DNA of 64,000 bases from Octopus sinensis (GCF_006345805.1 NC_042998.1:12834001-12898000); one strand, 5' to 3'. Shown: positions 12,062-25,262, counted from the stretch's first letter. Notes: a model not told the origin generated them from the sequence alone. Made by a program: numbers and translations.

Positions 12062-12498
12062 ATATGTTTCGAAGTCTGCAAAGTCCCTAATTCTGATTGA
12101 ATAAGGAGTTCATTTTGCAGCTTTCTCTTCAGGAAAACACCAGTCATACAGAATACATTCACACTCTTTGATTTTCCTGTACCCCCCTTCTGCCAACCGG
12201 ATTCTGACCTTGAACTATCTCAACGGACAATCTCTTCTGGTTTCACTCAGCCTGGCGTCAACGCATATAGATAGACATTTTGTGTCATTAATTTCATGGG
12301 CTCCTCGTGAGCGTTTATCGAAAAGCTTGTTGTGCATTTTGTTGGAGAATTAAGTTCCTGGATTTTCCTGAAGAGAAAGCTGCAAAATGCACTCCTTATT
12401 CAATCGGAATTAGGGACTTTGCAGACTTCGAAACATATGTCGAAAATAAAATAAAGAAATTTGGTTAAATCTTCGTTCAGCTCCATTCTTTACTATAC

Positions 12499-12500
<2 letters not shown>
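12061..12500 (+). mobile_element. Penelope-like 3' end with an inverted terminal repeat
   Basis: 12061-12138 is a near-exact inverted copy of 12362-12439, with a spacer of about 225 bp. Ends in (TA)n. Confidence 0.75.
12362..12447 (+). ncRNA. Type I hammerhead ribozyme (canonical core)
   Basis: ATTTTC-CTGAAGA-[stem II G12375...C12429]-GAAA-CATATG-TC-GAAAAT. Stem I is 6 bp, the core is an intact CUGANGA/GAAA, stem III is the palindrome ACATATGT, and the GUC cleavage triplet ends at 12441. Confidence 0.85.
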
Positions 12501-12573
<73 letters not shown>

Positions 12574-14119
12574 TATATATATATATATATATTATATATA
12601 TATATATACTAATGCATATGCCAGCACAACAGCACATGCATAAGAACACACGCAAGGTGACTCACACACGTATATGTATATATATATATATATATATATA
12701 CAAGATTATATACATGCATATGCCATATATACATATATATAGTTACAAAACAGAGAAACGTAATGGAAATATATTGCAATATATGTGATATTATGTTGAA
12801 AATCACGAGTCTCTTGCATATTTATATACCAATAAAGAGAAGCTTTACGCATTTAGAAGTATATGATATATAACACCTGTAGCTTTATGGGATGCTATAT
12901 TATTGATTACAATTTTTCAATTTTTTTGTCAGCAAGTGTTTATGTAAAACAACATTAAAAAAATATAAATATATAAACTAGTTTCAGAAAAATATAATGA
13001 TAATCGAGAATACTTTGTTAATGTAAAACTAGAAATGAAAGTTTTTTTGTGCGTGATTGTGCGATCTTTTATATATTTTATTTATTTATTTAACATATTT
13101 TTGTTATTTAAAATAATAATTTACTTTTTTTTTCATCTGAAATTATGTTATTTTCTTCAAAAATGTTCAAAGTTTTTTCAAAAGTATCGTGTCGGTAATA
13201 TTATGAAGTAAACTAATTTTAGAAGAAAAATATATTATAAAATATAATACAAATCAGAAACATGAAATAGTCGCTGTTATTTGTTACTTATATACGTTTA
13301 CATTATCTCTTTTATCATTCTATTATTTCCAGTGAAATTTTTCTTATGCAATTAGAAAGAAAAAAATAGCATTGGAAAATGTAAACGCCAACTCACCTGT
13401 CAGAAAATATTTCGTGCAAGTAGATTTACGGATTTGTTTATGAATGAATGAATTATTTATTTAAATCCCTCCTACTGCGTTAGACCTCTAAACGTTGGTT
13501 AGCAAATATGAAACAAAATGTTTTTCATTAATGTTTCCACCAAAATTCATATTGCTAATCATTTTCTCGTTTTCTTTAGACATATACAACAGATTGAATA
13601 TTTGCAAATGTATAACTACAGGAATTTATGTACATGCACTTTTGTGGAAATTTGGTGATGCTTGAGGTTTCAATCCATAACGTATTCTACTTCACCAGAG
13701 GGGGGGAGAGTAAGACGAAATGCAGCTGGTGATATTTCACGGCATCTTGTGTTTCTGGTATTGTTTTGCCGGTGATTCCTGAATGCTTTTTCCTTAATAA
13801 TTTCTAAAAATTTGTGAAATCACAACATATATAAAAAATTCATAACATATCATGTCTCCAAGTCTTATGGACAGGTTTTAGTATACTAGATAGCAAAAGG
13901 CAGTCGTACATTCACATATACACAAACAACAATAACAACACACACACAGACACACACACACGTAAGTTGAAATAAACGTTTTGCATTTCTCTACAAATAT
14001 AGATATCAATATCTATCCATATATAATGACACACATTCATACACACACACACACGCACATGCATACACATACGCATACATTTATATATATTTGTGTGTGC
14101 ATGTATGTGTGTATGTGTG

Positions 14120-14272
14120 TGAGAGTATTCTAAGAACCTTGCTTGCCAACCACATGGTCCCCGGCTGCGTCCCACTGCGTGGCACCTCGTGTAAGCGTCT
14201 TCAATTATAGTCTAGGGCCGACGAAAACCTCGAGAGTGGGCTTCATAGAGAGAAACTGAAAGAAGCTCGTCG
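14120..14272 (+). mobile_element. SINE family A 5' half, degenerate
   Basis: ccaaccacatggtcc...gtcccactgcgtggcacc...gaaactgaaagaagctcgtcg. Confidence 0.75.
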
Positions 14273-14413
14273 CATGCATGTATGTATACATATGTTTGGA
14301 AACTTACTCGAAGTCATAAATATTTAATAAATACAATATTACATACTGTTACTCCACAAACCATAATCTTACTCAAGTCAGGTTACTTCAAAGCTTCTAA
14401 AATTAATAAGTAC

Positions 14414-14750
14414 GATCCAATCAACGGATCAGCCTGCTCGTGAAATTAACGTGCAAGTGGCTGAGCACTCCACAGACACATGTACCCTTAACTTAGTTGT
14501 CGGGGAGATTCAGCGTGACACTGAGTGTGACTAGGGTGGAACTTTGAAATACAGGTACAAGACAAACATGAATAAAGAGTTAGAGAAAGCTGTGGTGAAA
14601 GAGTACATAAGGTCCACCCCCTGCCGGAGCCTTGTGGAGCTTTAAGTGTTTTCGTTCAATAAACACCCACAACGTCCTGTTTGGGAATCGAAACTGCGAT
14701 CCTATGACCGCGTGTCCACTGCCCTAACCACTGGGCTGTTGCGCCTCCAC
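14414..14750 (-). mobile_element. SINE family B, degenerate
   Basis: gcctgctcgtgaaattaacgtgcaagtggctgagcactccacagacac...gggaatcgaaac...gcgcctccac. Confidence 0.85.
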
Positions 14751-15789
14751 GAATATGTATAACAAAGACAACACATACAGAAGAGCAAAAATTCTCAAAC
14801 TTAGCCTAATCGCCCGGCTGGCCATAAAATTGGTGAGCTAGAAGCAAAACTGAAAACCGCAAATATTAGCACCATTCATCAAAATAATGAAACACCATAA
14901 GTGAATATAATATTAAATATAATTTCATAAAGCAAATTCATTTGGTTTTGTATAAATGCCAGTTAGCGTTGGGAATTCATATTTCTTGACCTCTTGTAAC
15001 CAACAAGCCTCTTAAATCTCAAAACATTTAAATGTCTCGAGATTTCCCTAAATGAATTCATCCCTAAATGAATGTTTCTCAGATCAAGTATATATTAATG
15101 GCTATGATTCCAATTAATAAAGCATATAAGAGAATGCTATGTAGACAGAAAATTAAGAAACAGGTTGCACAAGAATACCCTAGTCATCTCTTTAATTTTT
15201 CTTATGCAATTAGAAAATGTAATTGATATACGACACTTTGTCTCTCTTCAATTTCTAAGTTCAAAATTCCGCCGTGGTTGACTTTGCTTTTCATCCTTTC
15301 GGAGGAGTCGATAAAAGAAGTACCAGTTGAGAAGCAAGGTCAATTTAATCGACTTACCCACTCAACAAAATGAATATTATTTAAATTCAAATTTCAACTT
15401 CACACCTCTATAATACTTAAATTTCCAATTCTTGTCATGTACGATTTCTAACTTCTATAAATTATGACTATTTTCACAACTGCACTCAACTTTATCTTGC
15501 TTGTTCATCTTTCTTCATGCGACGTTTTAACTGAATACACAAAAATTATTGGAGGACAAAACTATAAATATATAACATAAATAATGTAATGACCTGTTTT
15601 TTAAACTAGTACGTTAGAAAGAAATTAATTTTATATTTTTGACATGATCACTTGGCGAGAACGTTTTCAATATTCACGGTAAAAATAAGCATTACTCTTT
15701 ACATTCTAATGCTTTTCTCTTTCTTGCTGTATCGCATACTATGTTAAATTCGTACTAAGTTTACCTTTTTTGTAGGAGATTAAATCAAA

Positions 15790-16565
15790 ACAGCATAAGT
15801 AATGACATGCCGTATGAATTCGAAAATGTCACTTCAGCAACGGAAGCTACAAGAAATATTAGTTCCGCCTAGGGAAACGGAAATTAAGTATGCGGGCGTG
15901 CTAAACATGACTAGTTTCTATCGAAAATTTTTCGCTCACTTGGGCGAAAAAAATTACTGTCAATATCGTGCTTTTGAAAACCGTAGTTGAAGAAAATTCA
16001 AAGCAAGCAGTATGAAATTTACTAAAGAGGCCAAGTCATACTCTGATTACAAAAAGACTTTCCTAAAATACGAAATGCTTCTTCATTTGATTACTTCTCA
16101 GATTACCCAACAATTTGACCTCATCTCTTCATTGAATACCGTACTTTACTGGGTAAAATCATTACTAGTGATAAATAGTGGGCTTTCTACCAGAATATCC
16201 AAACAAAACGACAATGGTTAACATTGTCTGACCAGTGATGGCTGAAAAATGTGACCATCATTGATCAGTTGCAAAGGGGAGTTGCGCTTACACGTAGAAG
16301 TATGTCCAAGCCATTCAAGACAAAGTATGTGCACCAAATCTAGAAGTTTTGTCTCATCCTCCTTACTCTGAACACCTGCTCCAGCTGACCCTCAGATTTT
16401 TCAAATTATTGCAGCACTATTTGGATGGTAAAGTGTGTATTAATTTTGAAGAGTTTAAAAATGATCCTGAGTGTTCCTTTGATACGAAACCTGAAGAATT
16501 TTACGTACGAATGATGAACAATTTGCCAAATTTTTAGGATTGTGTTATCAATAATGAGGAGTATG
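15790..16565 (+). pseudogene. Highly decayed mariner transposase remnant
   Basis: YEFENVTSATEATRNI-like N-terminus. SHPPYSEHL...FFKLLQHYLDGK...FDTKPEEFY C-terminus. Many stops and frameshifts. Confidence 0.7.
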
Positions 16566-16609
16566 ATCCTTTCTACTATAGGCACAAAACCTGAAAACCT
16601 TTTAAGGTA

Positions 16610-17210
16610 GTGGGTATGTTGATTAAGTCGGCCTTACTTCTCGACTGGTATTTATTTTATCGAATCCTCTGAAAGGATGAAAAGCAAAGTCAACCTCGGC
16701 GGAATGTTGAACTTAGAAAGTGAAGAGAGACAAAGTGTCGTATATCAATTAAGATCAAAAAGCACGTTTCTCTCCCAACTTGCAATTCGACAAAACTTTA
16801 ATTACAAAACAATATTAGTAATGTAATCGAAATGCAAACCTCAATTGAGGAAAAGCAAATTACATATGTATGGAGATAAGAAACGCAAATATTTTTTTAT
16901 CGTTTTGAAACGAGTTGTCAATTTGCATACACTCGTGTTACAAAAAAATGTCTTATTTTCTTATTTCGCTATTGTCCACAAGGGGCTAAACATAGAGGGG
17001 AAAATCTAGGACAGACAAACTGATTAAGGCGATTACATCGACCCTACTGCGTAACTTGTACTTAATTTATCGACCCCGAAAGGATGAAAGGCGGAATTTG
17101 AACTCAAGAGGCAATGGCAGACGAAATGCCGCTAAGCATTTCGCCCGGCGTGCTAACATTTTGTATTCCTTTACTGCCCACAAGGGGCAACACGGCTTGC
17201 TAATGTTTCT
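16610..17210 (-). mobile_element. Two SINE family C copies (16610-16730 fragment; 16965-17210)
   Basis: ttatcgaccccgaaaggatgaaagg...aatttgaactc...taagcatttcgcccggcgtgctaac. Confidence 0.8.
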
Positions 17211-18175
17211 GCCAACTCGCCGCCTTAAAATGTCTTATTTTCTGCTCGTGTCCCTTCATACGTTAACTAAATAAAACTGTTGAGAGAATACAGCAGAAAA
17301 CAATAGAAATAAAGTTTGATAAAATACTCTCATGTATTTTTGTCACTAAATCAGTGTAACCAGTTTCATTGATACAATTCAGGTTTTATTGTCCCTCATT
17401 GTAAGAGGAAGCATGACCTACTGGGCTAATCGGTCACTTCGATGATCGCCTCTAGTTTCAACAAAACCTCATTTGGAAAATTTCCCGAGTTTCAATAAAA
17501 TAGGTGCGTTGATGGGTTTATATCTGCTGATATGTAAAACACCCCGTATCGCAAAGTTAAAATCAGTGAAACATATGTATTTACTTTTGATACAATCGTG
17601 ATGCATTTAGGTAACTGAAAGGAACAACCTATTTAAACGTGTCAGCTAAGCTATGGACGTAGCCAAATGTTTGTAGCCAAATTTTTAGTTTAGAAAAAGA
17701 AGATAAAAGTAATTTATTAATAAATAATTAGAAATAATATTGAAATGAAATGAGAAAGCGTTTAAATACAAATTACGTGTATAATTCTAATTAAAACTAA
17801 ACTTCACTGAGCTGTATTTGGTGTTCAAGAAATGGCAAATCTTTTGTATTTTGTTTACATCAATTTTACTGAATTTACACCAAGATAAGAGGAATTTCCG
17901 CAGGAAATTATATGATAGATTAATAATGTTTAAGGTTTACATGACAGATGTTTTTACTCTACTTTTTATCTTAGAGTTATAAACAAATCATTTATCAATT
18001 GGAATATTTTCCATATAATTTATTAATTAAAGAAGAAATCCTGCAATACGAATTCATTACATCTCTACAAAACACGGTACTGACGTATATAAATATTCTA
18101 TTTCCAAATCACGGTACTGACGTATACATATTTCTGTTCAAACCATGTGAAAATTTCATCGTTTGTCTCCTTTTA

Positions 18176-18741
18176 TTGGGTTGACTGGAAAGTTCGTGAC
18201 GATTTATTGTTGCTTAACTCTCTACTTATTTTAGAACATTGTTGAGTCCATAAAATAGGATTTGACTACACCTCCATTTAGAGCTCAGTTTAAGCTATCT
18301 TTTCAGGAAAGAAGGTTTATGTTCCTATAACCTGTGTTAATTTTGTAACCCTTTAAAATGGAAGATAAGAAAGTTCATTTTCGGCACTTGATGCTTTGGG
18401 AACCAGACAAAAATTGCTGCAGCTCGGCTGGGATGTGTTACAGTACCATCCATATTCATCAGATATTGCTCCATCGGATTTCCACTTATTTAGGTTTCTG
18501 CAGAACAGTCTTAATGGTAAAAATGTCAATTCCTTGGATGATGTAAAAAGATACCTTGATGAATTCTTTACCATGAAACCACTTCAATTCTGGAAAGAGG
18601 GTATTTTCAAGTTAAATGAAAGATGGAGACATATTGTGCAACAAAATGGTTCATATTTGGTTGATTAAAAATATAATGGCAAGTATTTCTTGACCTTTTT
18701 CTTTCCTTTAAAAATCGGCTCGAACTTTCCGGATAGCCCAA
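18176..18741 (+). mobile_element. Internally deleted non-autonomous mariner (566 bp)
   Basis: Imperfect TIRs ttgggttgactggaaagttcg / cgaactttccggatagcccaa with TA flanks. N-terminus MEDKKVHFRHLMLW is fused directly to C-terminal TRQKLLQLGWDVLQYHPYSSDIAPSDFHLFRFLQNSL...ERWRHIVQQNGSY. Confidence 0.9.
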
Positions 18742-19544
18742 TATTATGTAGCCAATATGATAGGGAATAAACGATGAAACAGATTCAAATCTTCTTTTGA
18801 AAGTAATCGTATATAGTTCAAACTAATTAAATATTTGTTTATCATTCTGTGTATATCAAATATTCCATGTCGAGTTTAAGCTATAAAATAAAATTCTAGA
18901 AACCTAGTTTTCACGTTAGTGAGACCCTAAAATATTTAGAAACAGTGAATTCTTTTGGCATAAATAACGTAAAATTTCTTGTAGGTGATATGCCGACATT
19001 AGTTCAGTTGTGGCTCCGTGTATTTTTAAGAAATTCACAATTACCTTTTATAAGAAGAAGGCACTACCATTTCTATACATAAATATTTTCATAACAAAAA
19101 CGTTAGCAATATCGAATTAAACATTTCCAACTTCCTGCCAGTTTTCTTAAAAAGATCGCAAATGATTATCACCTTGTTATTAATAATATCGATACAATAA
19201 TTACAGTTTTTCCAGAGCCAACAAGAGCTGAGGATTTTCTGTAAAAGATATTAGCATTAAAGTTTTCTTCAGTAATATGGTACCTCAACGAAGTAAAAAG
19301 TATTTAATAGGTACATATGCACCATAATATATAATTTATATGTACCATGACCACTGAATTGATGTCGATATAGTTTGAATTCATACTAAGTATTATTAAA
19401 ACAAAAATATATATTTTGCCATAATAATTATTAGGTCTTTACCCGTTGCTACACAGCTGGTAAATACATTTGTTAATCGTACACATATTTTTTTAATAGA
19501 AGACTGTTATAGAGTGAAAGTCATTTTAGTTGCTATGGTGATAA

Positions 19545-19546
19545 CA

Positions 19547-19638
<92 letters not shown>

Positions 19639-19650
19639 ATCTATCTATCC
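19545..19650. repeat. (TATC)n microsatellite
   Basis: Direct reading. Confidence 0.95.
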
Positions 19651-19907
19651 GTCTGTCTATCTGTCTCTCTCTCTCTATCTTTCACACGCACCATCCACAC
19701 ACAAACACACCCCTCCCTCCTCTCTCTCTTTCTCTCGCATATTTCTATCTCGTCAACTACAATATTTCTTCCCTTTTTTCTGAAAATACATTGTGACGTA
19801 TATTTTGATCGCTCGTGTCTTTCTCTCCCTCTAGGAGATGTTGTGACGGATACCCAGATAAATTGTATAAGATTACATTGGAAGCACTATAAAATAAAGA
19901 AAATCTA

Positions 19908-21182
19908 TCAGTTCATCCTATAAGCTCTGTCCGAATTTTGAATAAAAAGAACAAGTGATCAAATGTTATATTTAATTGAAATTTAATCATCAACGTACAT
20001 TCCTGATTATCTATATCTTCCTTCCATCTATTTACAAGCTTTTTAATCTCATCAATGTAAAATTCTTACGGTTTCAATGCGAAGAACTCTGAAACGTAGG
20101 TTTCCTCCTCCTTCTGGCTTGCGAAAGTTATGGCCCCCAAATGATTCTGTAGCTTACGAAAGAAATGATATTCTGAAGGAGCAAGGTCGGGAGAATAAGT
20201 TGGATGAAAAATTATTTTTCCCTACCATGCTCTTCGATCTTCTAGGATGTGATATTTGCAGTGTGGGCTCGTGCATTTTCCTGATGAAACATCACTCATT
20301 TTCGATTCACTAAAGCGGGTCTTTTTCTCTTCAAAGCTTGGTTCAAATGCTCTAATTGCTGACAGTAGACTTTAGTATTGATTGTTGCATTCGGTGGTAA
20401 CAATTCAAAGTGAATTACTCCTTTGCAATCCCACCAGATAGAGAAAGAAACTTTTTCCCGTGAAGTTCCCTTCTCGGTTGTGGTTGAGCGTTTTCCCTTT
20501 TACCAAGCAACTGTTTACGACCTTTAACATCTCGATAGAAGATCCAGTCACAAGTCTATATAAAAAGGGTGAAATGCGTCCGTTAGAATGGAGAGAAAAG
20601 CAGATGTGAACTCGGGATTTACAGTTGATTTCGGACAATTCATGAGGCACCCATTTTCCAAGTTTACGAACCTTTTCAAGTTTTTGAAGATGACGGTGAA
20701 CAATTGTATGGTTTGAATTAAGCTTTATTGCCAATTGTCCAACTGATAGTGTAGCATTTTCCTCAAGTAAATACCTCAAGGAGCTTATCATCAACTCAGC
20801 TGGACGCCCTGTTCGATCTTCATCTTCAAGGATGAAATCTCCACTTCTGAATTTTGCAAACCATCTTCTGCAAGCTTTTCATTCAAACATTTTTTTCACA
20901 TAAACTGAGTGTATGTTTCAAGTCACTTCGTCTTCAGAGTTTCCTTTTTTTGTACTCATAAAGCATTATGTGGCTCAAATGCTCTTTGGATACTTCCATG
21001 TTAGAAATGGTTTATTCAAAGTAATCTTAAGTCTATTATTCTGTAAAATAATATTTAATTAGTTTAAATGTACACAAATGCATGAAAATAATTTTTAATT
21101 CCATTAGACACTCTGAAATACTATTAAATTTCATTCAATTTAAAAAAAGGTAAAATCGGACAGAACTTATGCGATGACCTGA
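19908..21182 (-). mobile_element. Full-length decayed mariner (1275 bp)
   Basis: Imperfect TIRs tcagttcatcctataagctctgtccgaatttt / aaaatcggacagaacttatgcgatgacctga with TA flanks. Transposase begins MEVSKEHLSHIML near 21000. Contains HRHLQKLEKVRKLGKWVPHELSE (WVPHEL motif). Multiple stops. Confidence 0.9.
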
Positions 21183-22623
21183 TATAAAGTTCCTGTTCAT
21201 AAAAATAGGCACTTGATTGGCAAAATGAGTTCAGCTTTAGATACTTCTCATAGATCTGAGGCTGTGATTCCTAATATCAGAGCGGTGATCTTCGCAATTC
21301 CGCCTGTCTAAGATGAGCTCATAAATAGATTACTAGTTTGCTAATGGGGGCAAGTTTATCAAATTTGTCTCTGTGATCTAGTTTTAATTCAAATATACAG
21401 ACTTGTCATATAGTGTCAACCTAATTAGGCCTTATGATTGCCAAAATGTTCACGTGTGAGCAGCTTACTTAGATACAAGTTTATAACACGAGTTATTATT
21501 TAGTCGGTCATTCAGATGAATGCTTATCTTTAAAGCCGAACGAGTTCCCACCACTTACTGCAAACTTTTAAATACCATAAATCTATAACTTGTAAATTTG
21601 CAAGCATCTATATATTATATATTATGTATGTATTTTTTTTAAATATCTGCATGCATTTTAGCAACTTCGTCATTTCTTTGAAATGAAGGAGACTTGATGT
21701 TCAGCAGTTGTCTGTGGAATGAATCTGATGAAAAGCTCGTCTCTATAATAAGTATATATCAGAATTATCAGCGGTAATTTGTATGTTGTAGCACCGCTTG
21801 AAATACATTTGCTTTTAAAGTGACAAAATTCGTTGACAAGATGGCATTCGATTTATTAATTTATGAACTGTTCCATGGCTTATATAACTGCTATAACTGA
21901 CAAGCTTATTGACCAATGCCGTTGCTTCTCAACTGGTTTAGTTTGAGATTTGCCTGTGTGCGTCAGTGAATCTTGGATGGAGATGTACTTCGAAATGTCA
22001 AAGTTGTGGCATTCACTCGATTTCAAAACCCTAAAATTCCATATATTATTTTACTCATAACAAACATACGCTATGAAAACGCCTACACAGGTATAGTCAC
22101 AAAAACGGACAGTTCTACACATAAACACACACCATACGTTTATGTGCCTGCGTGTGTTAGTATGTATAAATGTGTATGTAAGATTGAAACATCCATTACA
22201 TCAGCAAATATATTTGTATCAATGTCTGACAGGCCTTTTTCCCCGTTTCCAAAATGTATATGGAACTAATATATATTTAGATTGCAAGTTGAAGTTATGT
22301 TTCAAATCAATGAGATGCACATTCACATATTTACTCAATATATATAAGCATGGGTATCGCTCTGATATGTTGTTCTTAAAAGCATTCGTACATACGGTGC
22401 ATATGTGTCTCTTTCTCACTTCATTTTCACTCTCTCTTTGTATGTACGTGTGCGTGTATGCGTGTCTGCGTGTGCGCGTCTGCCTCTGTATGTGTGAGTA
22501 AAGAAAAAAAAGAGTCCCTAATCAGAAATGAGTTGTCTTCATAGTTTTTATATATGGACACACACACGCGCACACACACACATATATATTAAGATATAGA
22601 CATACAATATAAGATATGTACTT

Positions 22624-22678
<55 letters not shown>

Positions 22679-23122
22679 CACACACACGAGGGCACTACAT
22701 GGGGATCTACATCGCTAAAAATGGAAGTCAAACATACTTCTGTACCACAAAATAGTCACAAATCTACTACATGCACGGTAGGAAAAAATTCCAGTGAATA
22801 TTAAAAACGTCTTTCCTCTGCTAGGTCGGCAAGAGCAATACTGGTCAGCTTGGTACCAGTTTCAAAATTAGAGCCAAATAGAGACCTGTTTCTCTTCAGT
22901 CAAAATCTGCCAGCTAACTGCTACTAAAATTTTTGTCCCCCATGCCGGCAAAAGTTCGTTTCAAGTGACCAAACATTATTTAAACAAACGAAATGCGTGA
23001 AATTATTTATATATAAATATAAGAAGAGATGGTACTATTAAAATAACATCTCGAGCGGTAAGCGAATTATAAGCCGTACGGGTAACTTGATAAAATATAT
23101 GCATACAATATAAGGTATGTAC

Positions 23123-23511
23123 ATGGATGGAAGCACTCCGTCGGTTACGACGACGAGGGCTCTGGTTGATCCGAATCAACGGAACAGCCTGCTCGTGAAA
23201 TTAACGTGTAAGTGGCTGAGCACTCCACAGACACGTGTACCCTTAACGTAGTTCTCGGGGATAATCAGCGTGACACAGAGAGTGACAAGGCCGGTCCTTT
23301 GAAATACAGGTACAACAGAAACAGGAAGTAAGAGTGACAGAAAGTTGTGGTGAAAGAGTACAGCAGGGATCACCACCATCCCTGCCGGAGACGCGTGGAG
23401 CTTTAGTTGTTTTCGCTCAATAAACACTCACAACGCCCGGTCTGGGAATCGAAACCGCAATCCTAAGACCGCGAGTCCGCTGCCCTAACCACTGGGCCAT
23501 TGCCCCTCCAC
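23123..23511 (-). mobile_element. SINE family B, full length, tail type 1
   Basis: tRNA-like head (A box tggcccagtgg, B box ggtttcgattcc on the minus strand). 3' end ...cgtcgtcgtaaccgacggagtgcttccatccat. taaggtat occurs in both flanks. Confidence 0.92.
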
Positions 23512-23512
23512 T

Positions 23513-23579
<67 letters not shown>

Positions 23580-23640
23580 TATATATTATATATATATGTA
23601 TATATATATATATTATATATATATATATATATATGTATAT

Positions 23641-23935
23641 ATCATCACCACCATCATCACCACCATCTTCTCCTTCTCCTCCTCCTTCTTCTTCTTCTTC
23701 TTCTTCTTCTTCTTCATCATCATCATTATCATCATCATCGTCGTCATAATCATCACCACCACCACCATCATCGTCATCTTCTCCTTCTCCTCCTTCTTCT
23801 TCTTCTTCTTCTTCTTCTTCTTCATCATCATCATTATCATCATCATCGTCGTCATAATCATCACCACCACCACCATCATCGTCATCTTCTCCTTCTCCTT
23901 CTTCTTCTTCTTCTTCTTCTTCTTCTACTTCTCCA
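23641..23935. repeat. Compound trinucleotide repeat with 108 bp higher-order period
   Basis: cataat anchor at 23745 and 23853. (CAC)(ATC)(TTC)(ATC)(GTC) blocks repeated about 2.5 times. Confidence 0.85.
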
Positions 23936-23999
23936 CCCCCTACCCCTTAACTTTGTCACTAATGTTTTTTAGTATAACACCTACGCTAATTCTATAAAC

Positions 24000-24420
24000 A
24001 AGCCTGTCAATATAAATATTCTCCTGAATTGAACTGAGACTGCCAGCCGCCACTGACCATTCAAAATACGACCATCAGGGCACTCCCAGATCCTCCCATC
24101 CCCCTTTCCCCACCAGCCTTCTTCCTCTACTACCCTTCCAAGAATTCACAACGACCTCCGACACACAAGTGCAAACAAGGGAGTCAGAGAAAGGCAGAAT
24201 GTCACTTAAATCTGAACACTACTATAGAAATATTCTTTTTAAAAAAACTTTTCTTCTAATTTTTCTAAATTTAATTATTTAATCGTTACAGTTGAAAAGG
24301 TCTCAAAATGACCGAAACCGGTACTGAAATGTTCACTATAAAATTATTTTAGCATTTTCTATTTTTGACTTGTTTTTTCATATATATCAACTCGTGTGTT
24401 CCTTTTCACCCTTATACATA
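24000..24420 (+). mobile_element. PLE-like 3' terminal relic with degenerate hammerhead at 24286-24329
   Basis: TTACAG-TTGAAAA-GGTC-tcaaaat-GACC-GAAA-CCGG-TA-CTGAAA. Stems I, II and palindromic III are intact; the core has two substitutions. Ends in (TA)n. Confidence 0.65.
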
Positions 24421-24532
24421 TATATGTATATATATATATATTGTTATATTTCGGAATGGTCATATAAAATCTTGTACAACAAATATTTAAATATATATAT
24501 ATGTATATATAATATATGTATATATATATATG

Positions 24533-24637
<105 letters not shown>

Positions 24638-24649
24638 CTAGCGGAGGGG

Positions 24650-24721
<72 letters not shown>

Positions 24722-24727
<6 letters not shown>

Positions 24728-24860
24728 GAGGTAATCCAAACATAAACAAAGAGAAAATATAACAACGCAAGGACGTGAAACTAGTATAGTGTTATTGGAC
24801 GCTCAATAAAGAAAGAAATAGGAGCTAACCTTTCGAGCGGAGCTCTTCGTCAGAAACACA
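24722..24860 (-). mobile_element. Short PLE-like repeat (same family as 34300-34480) with hammerhead-like motif
   Basis: Shared taatccaaaca...caacgc.ag.acgtg.aac...tatagt.ttattgga.gctca. Minus strand reads GTTT-CTGACGA-A-GAGC-tcc-GCTC-GAAA. Confidence 0.65.
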
Positions 24861-25170
24861 CACATATACTTTACTATTTTCATGCCCATACCATTTAGCA
24901 GTATATGCAAATCCTAGATTTCTACATAGCCTCCTGTGGATTGCTCTCCCGAGATTGTCTTGTCTTTTCTTGTATTTTCTCTGTACCAGTATGCTACATT
25001 CACTTGCTATCTGAGTGACGCATTCCGAGGTCGACTTTGCCTTTCATCCTTTCCGATTCGATGGAATACGTACCTGTGAATCATTGGGTTCGATGTAATT
25101 TCACGCCTTGAGCCTTTAGTAGAAAGGATTATTATGATTATTATATTAAAGTGACTGCAGTTATTGTTGT

Positions 25171-25262
25171 TTTTCTTCTTCTTCTTCTTCTTCTTCTTCT
25201 TCTTCTTCTTCTTCTTCTTCTTCTTCTTCTTCTTCTTCTTCTTCTTCTTCTTCTTCTTCTTC
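25171..25262. repeat. (TTC)n microsatellite
   Basis: About 30 perfect units. Confidence 0.95.
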
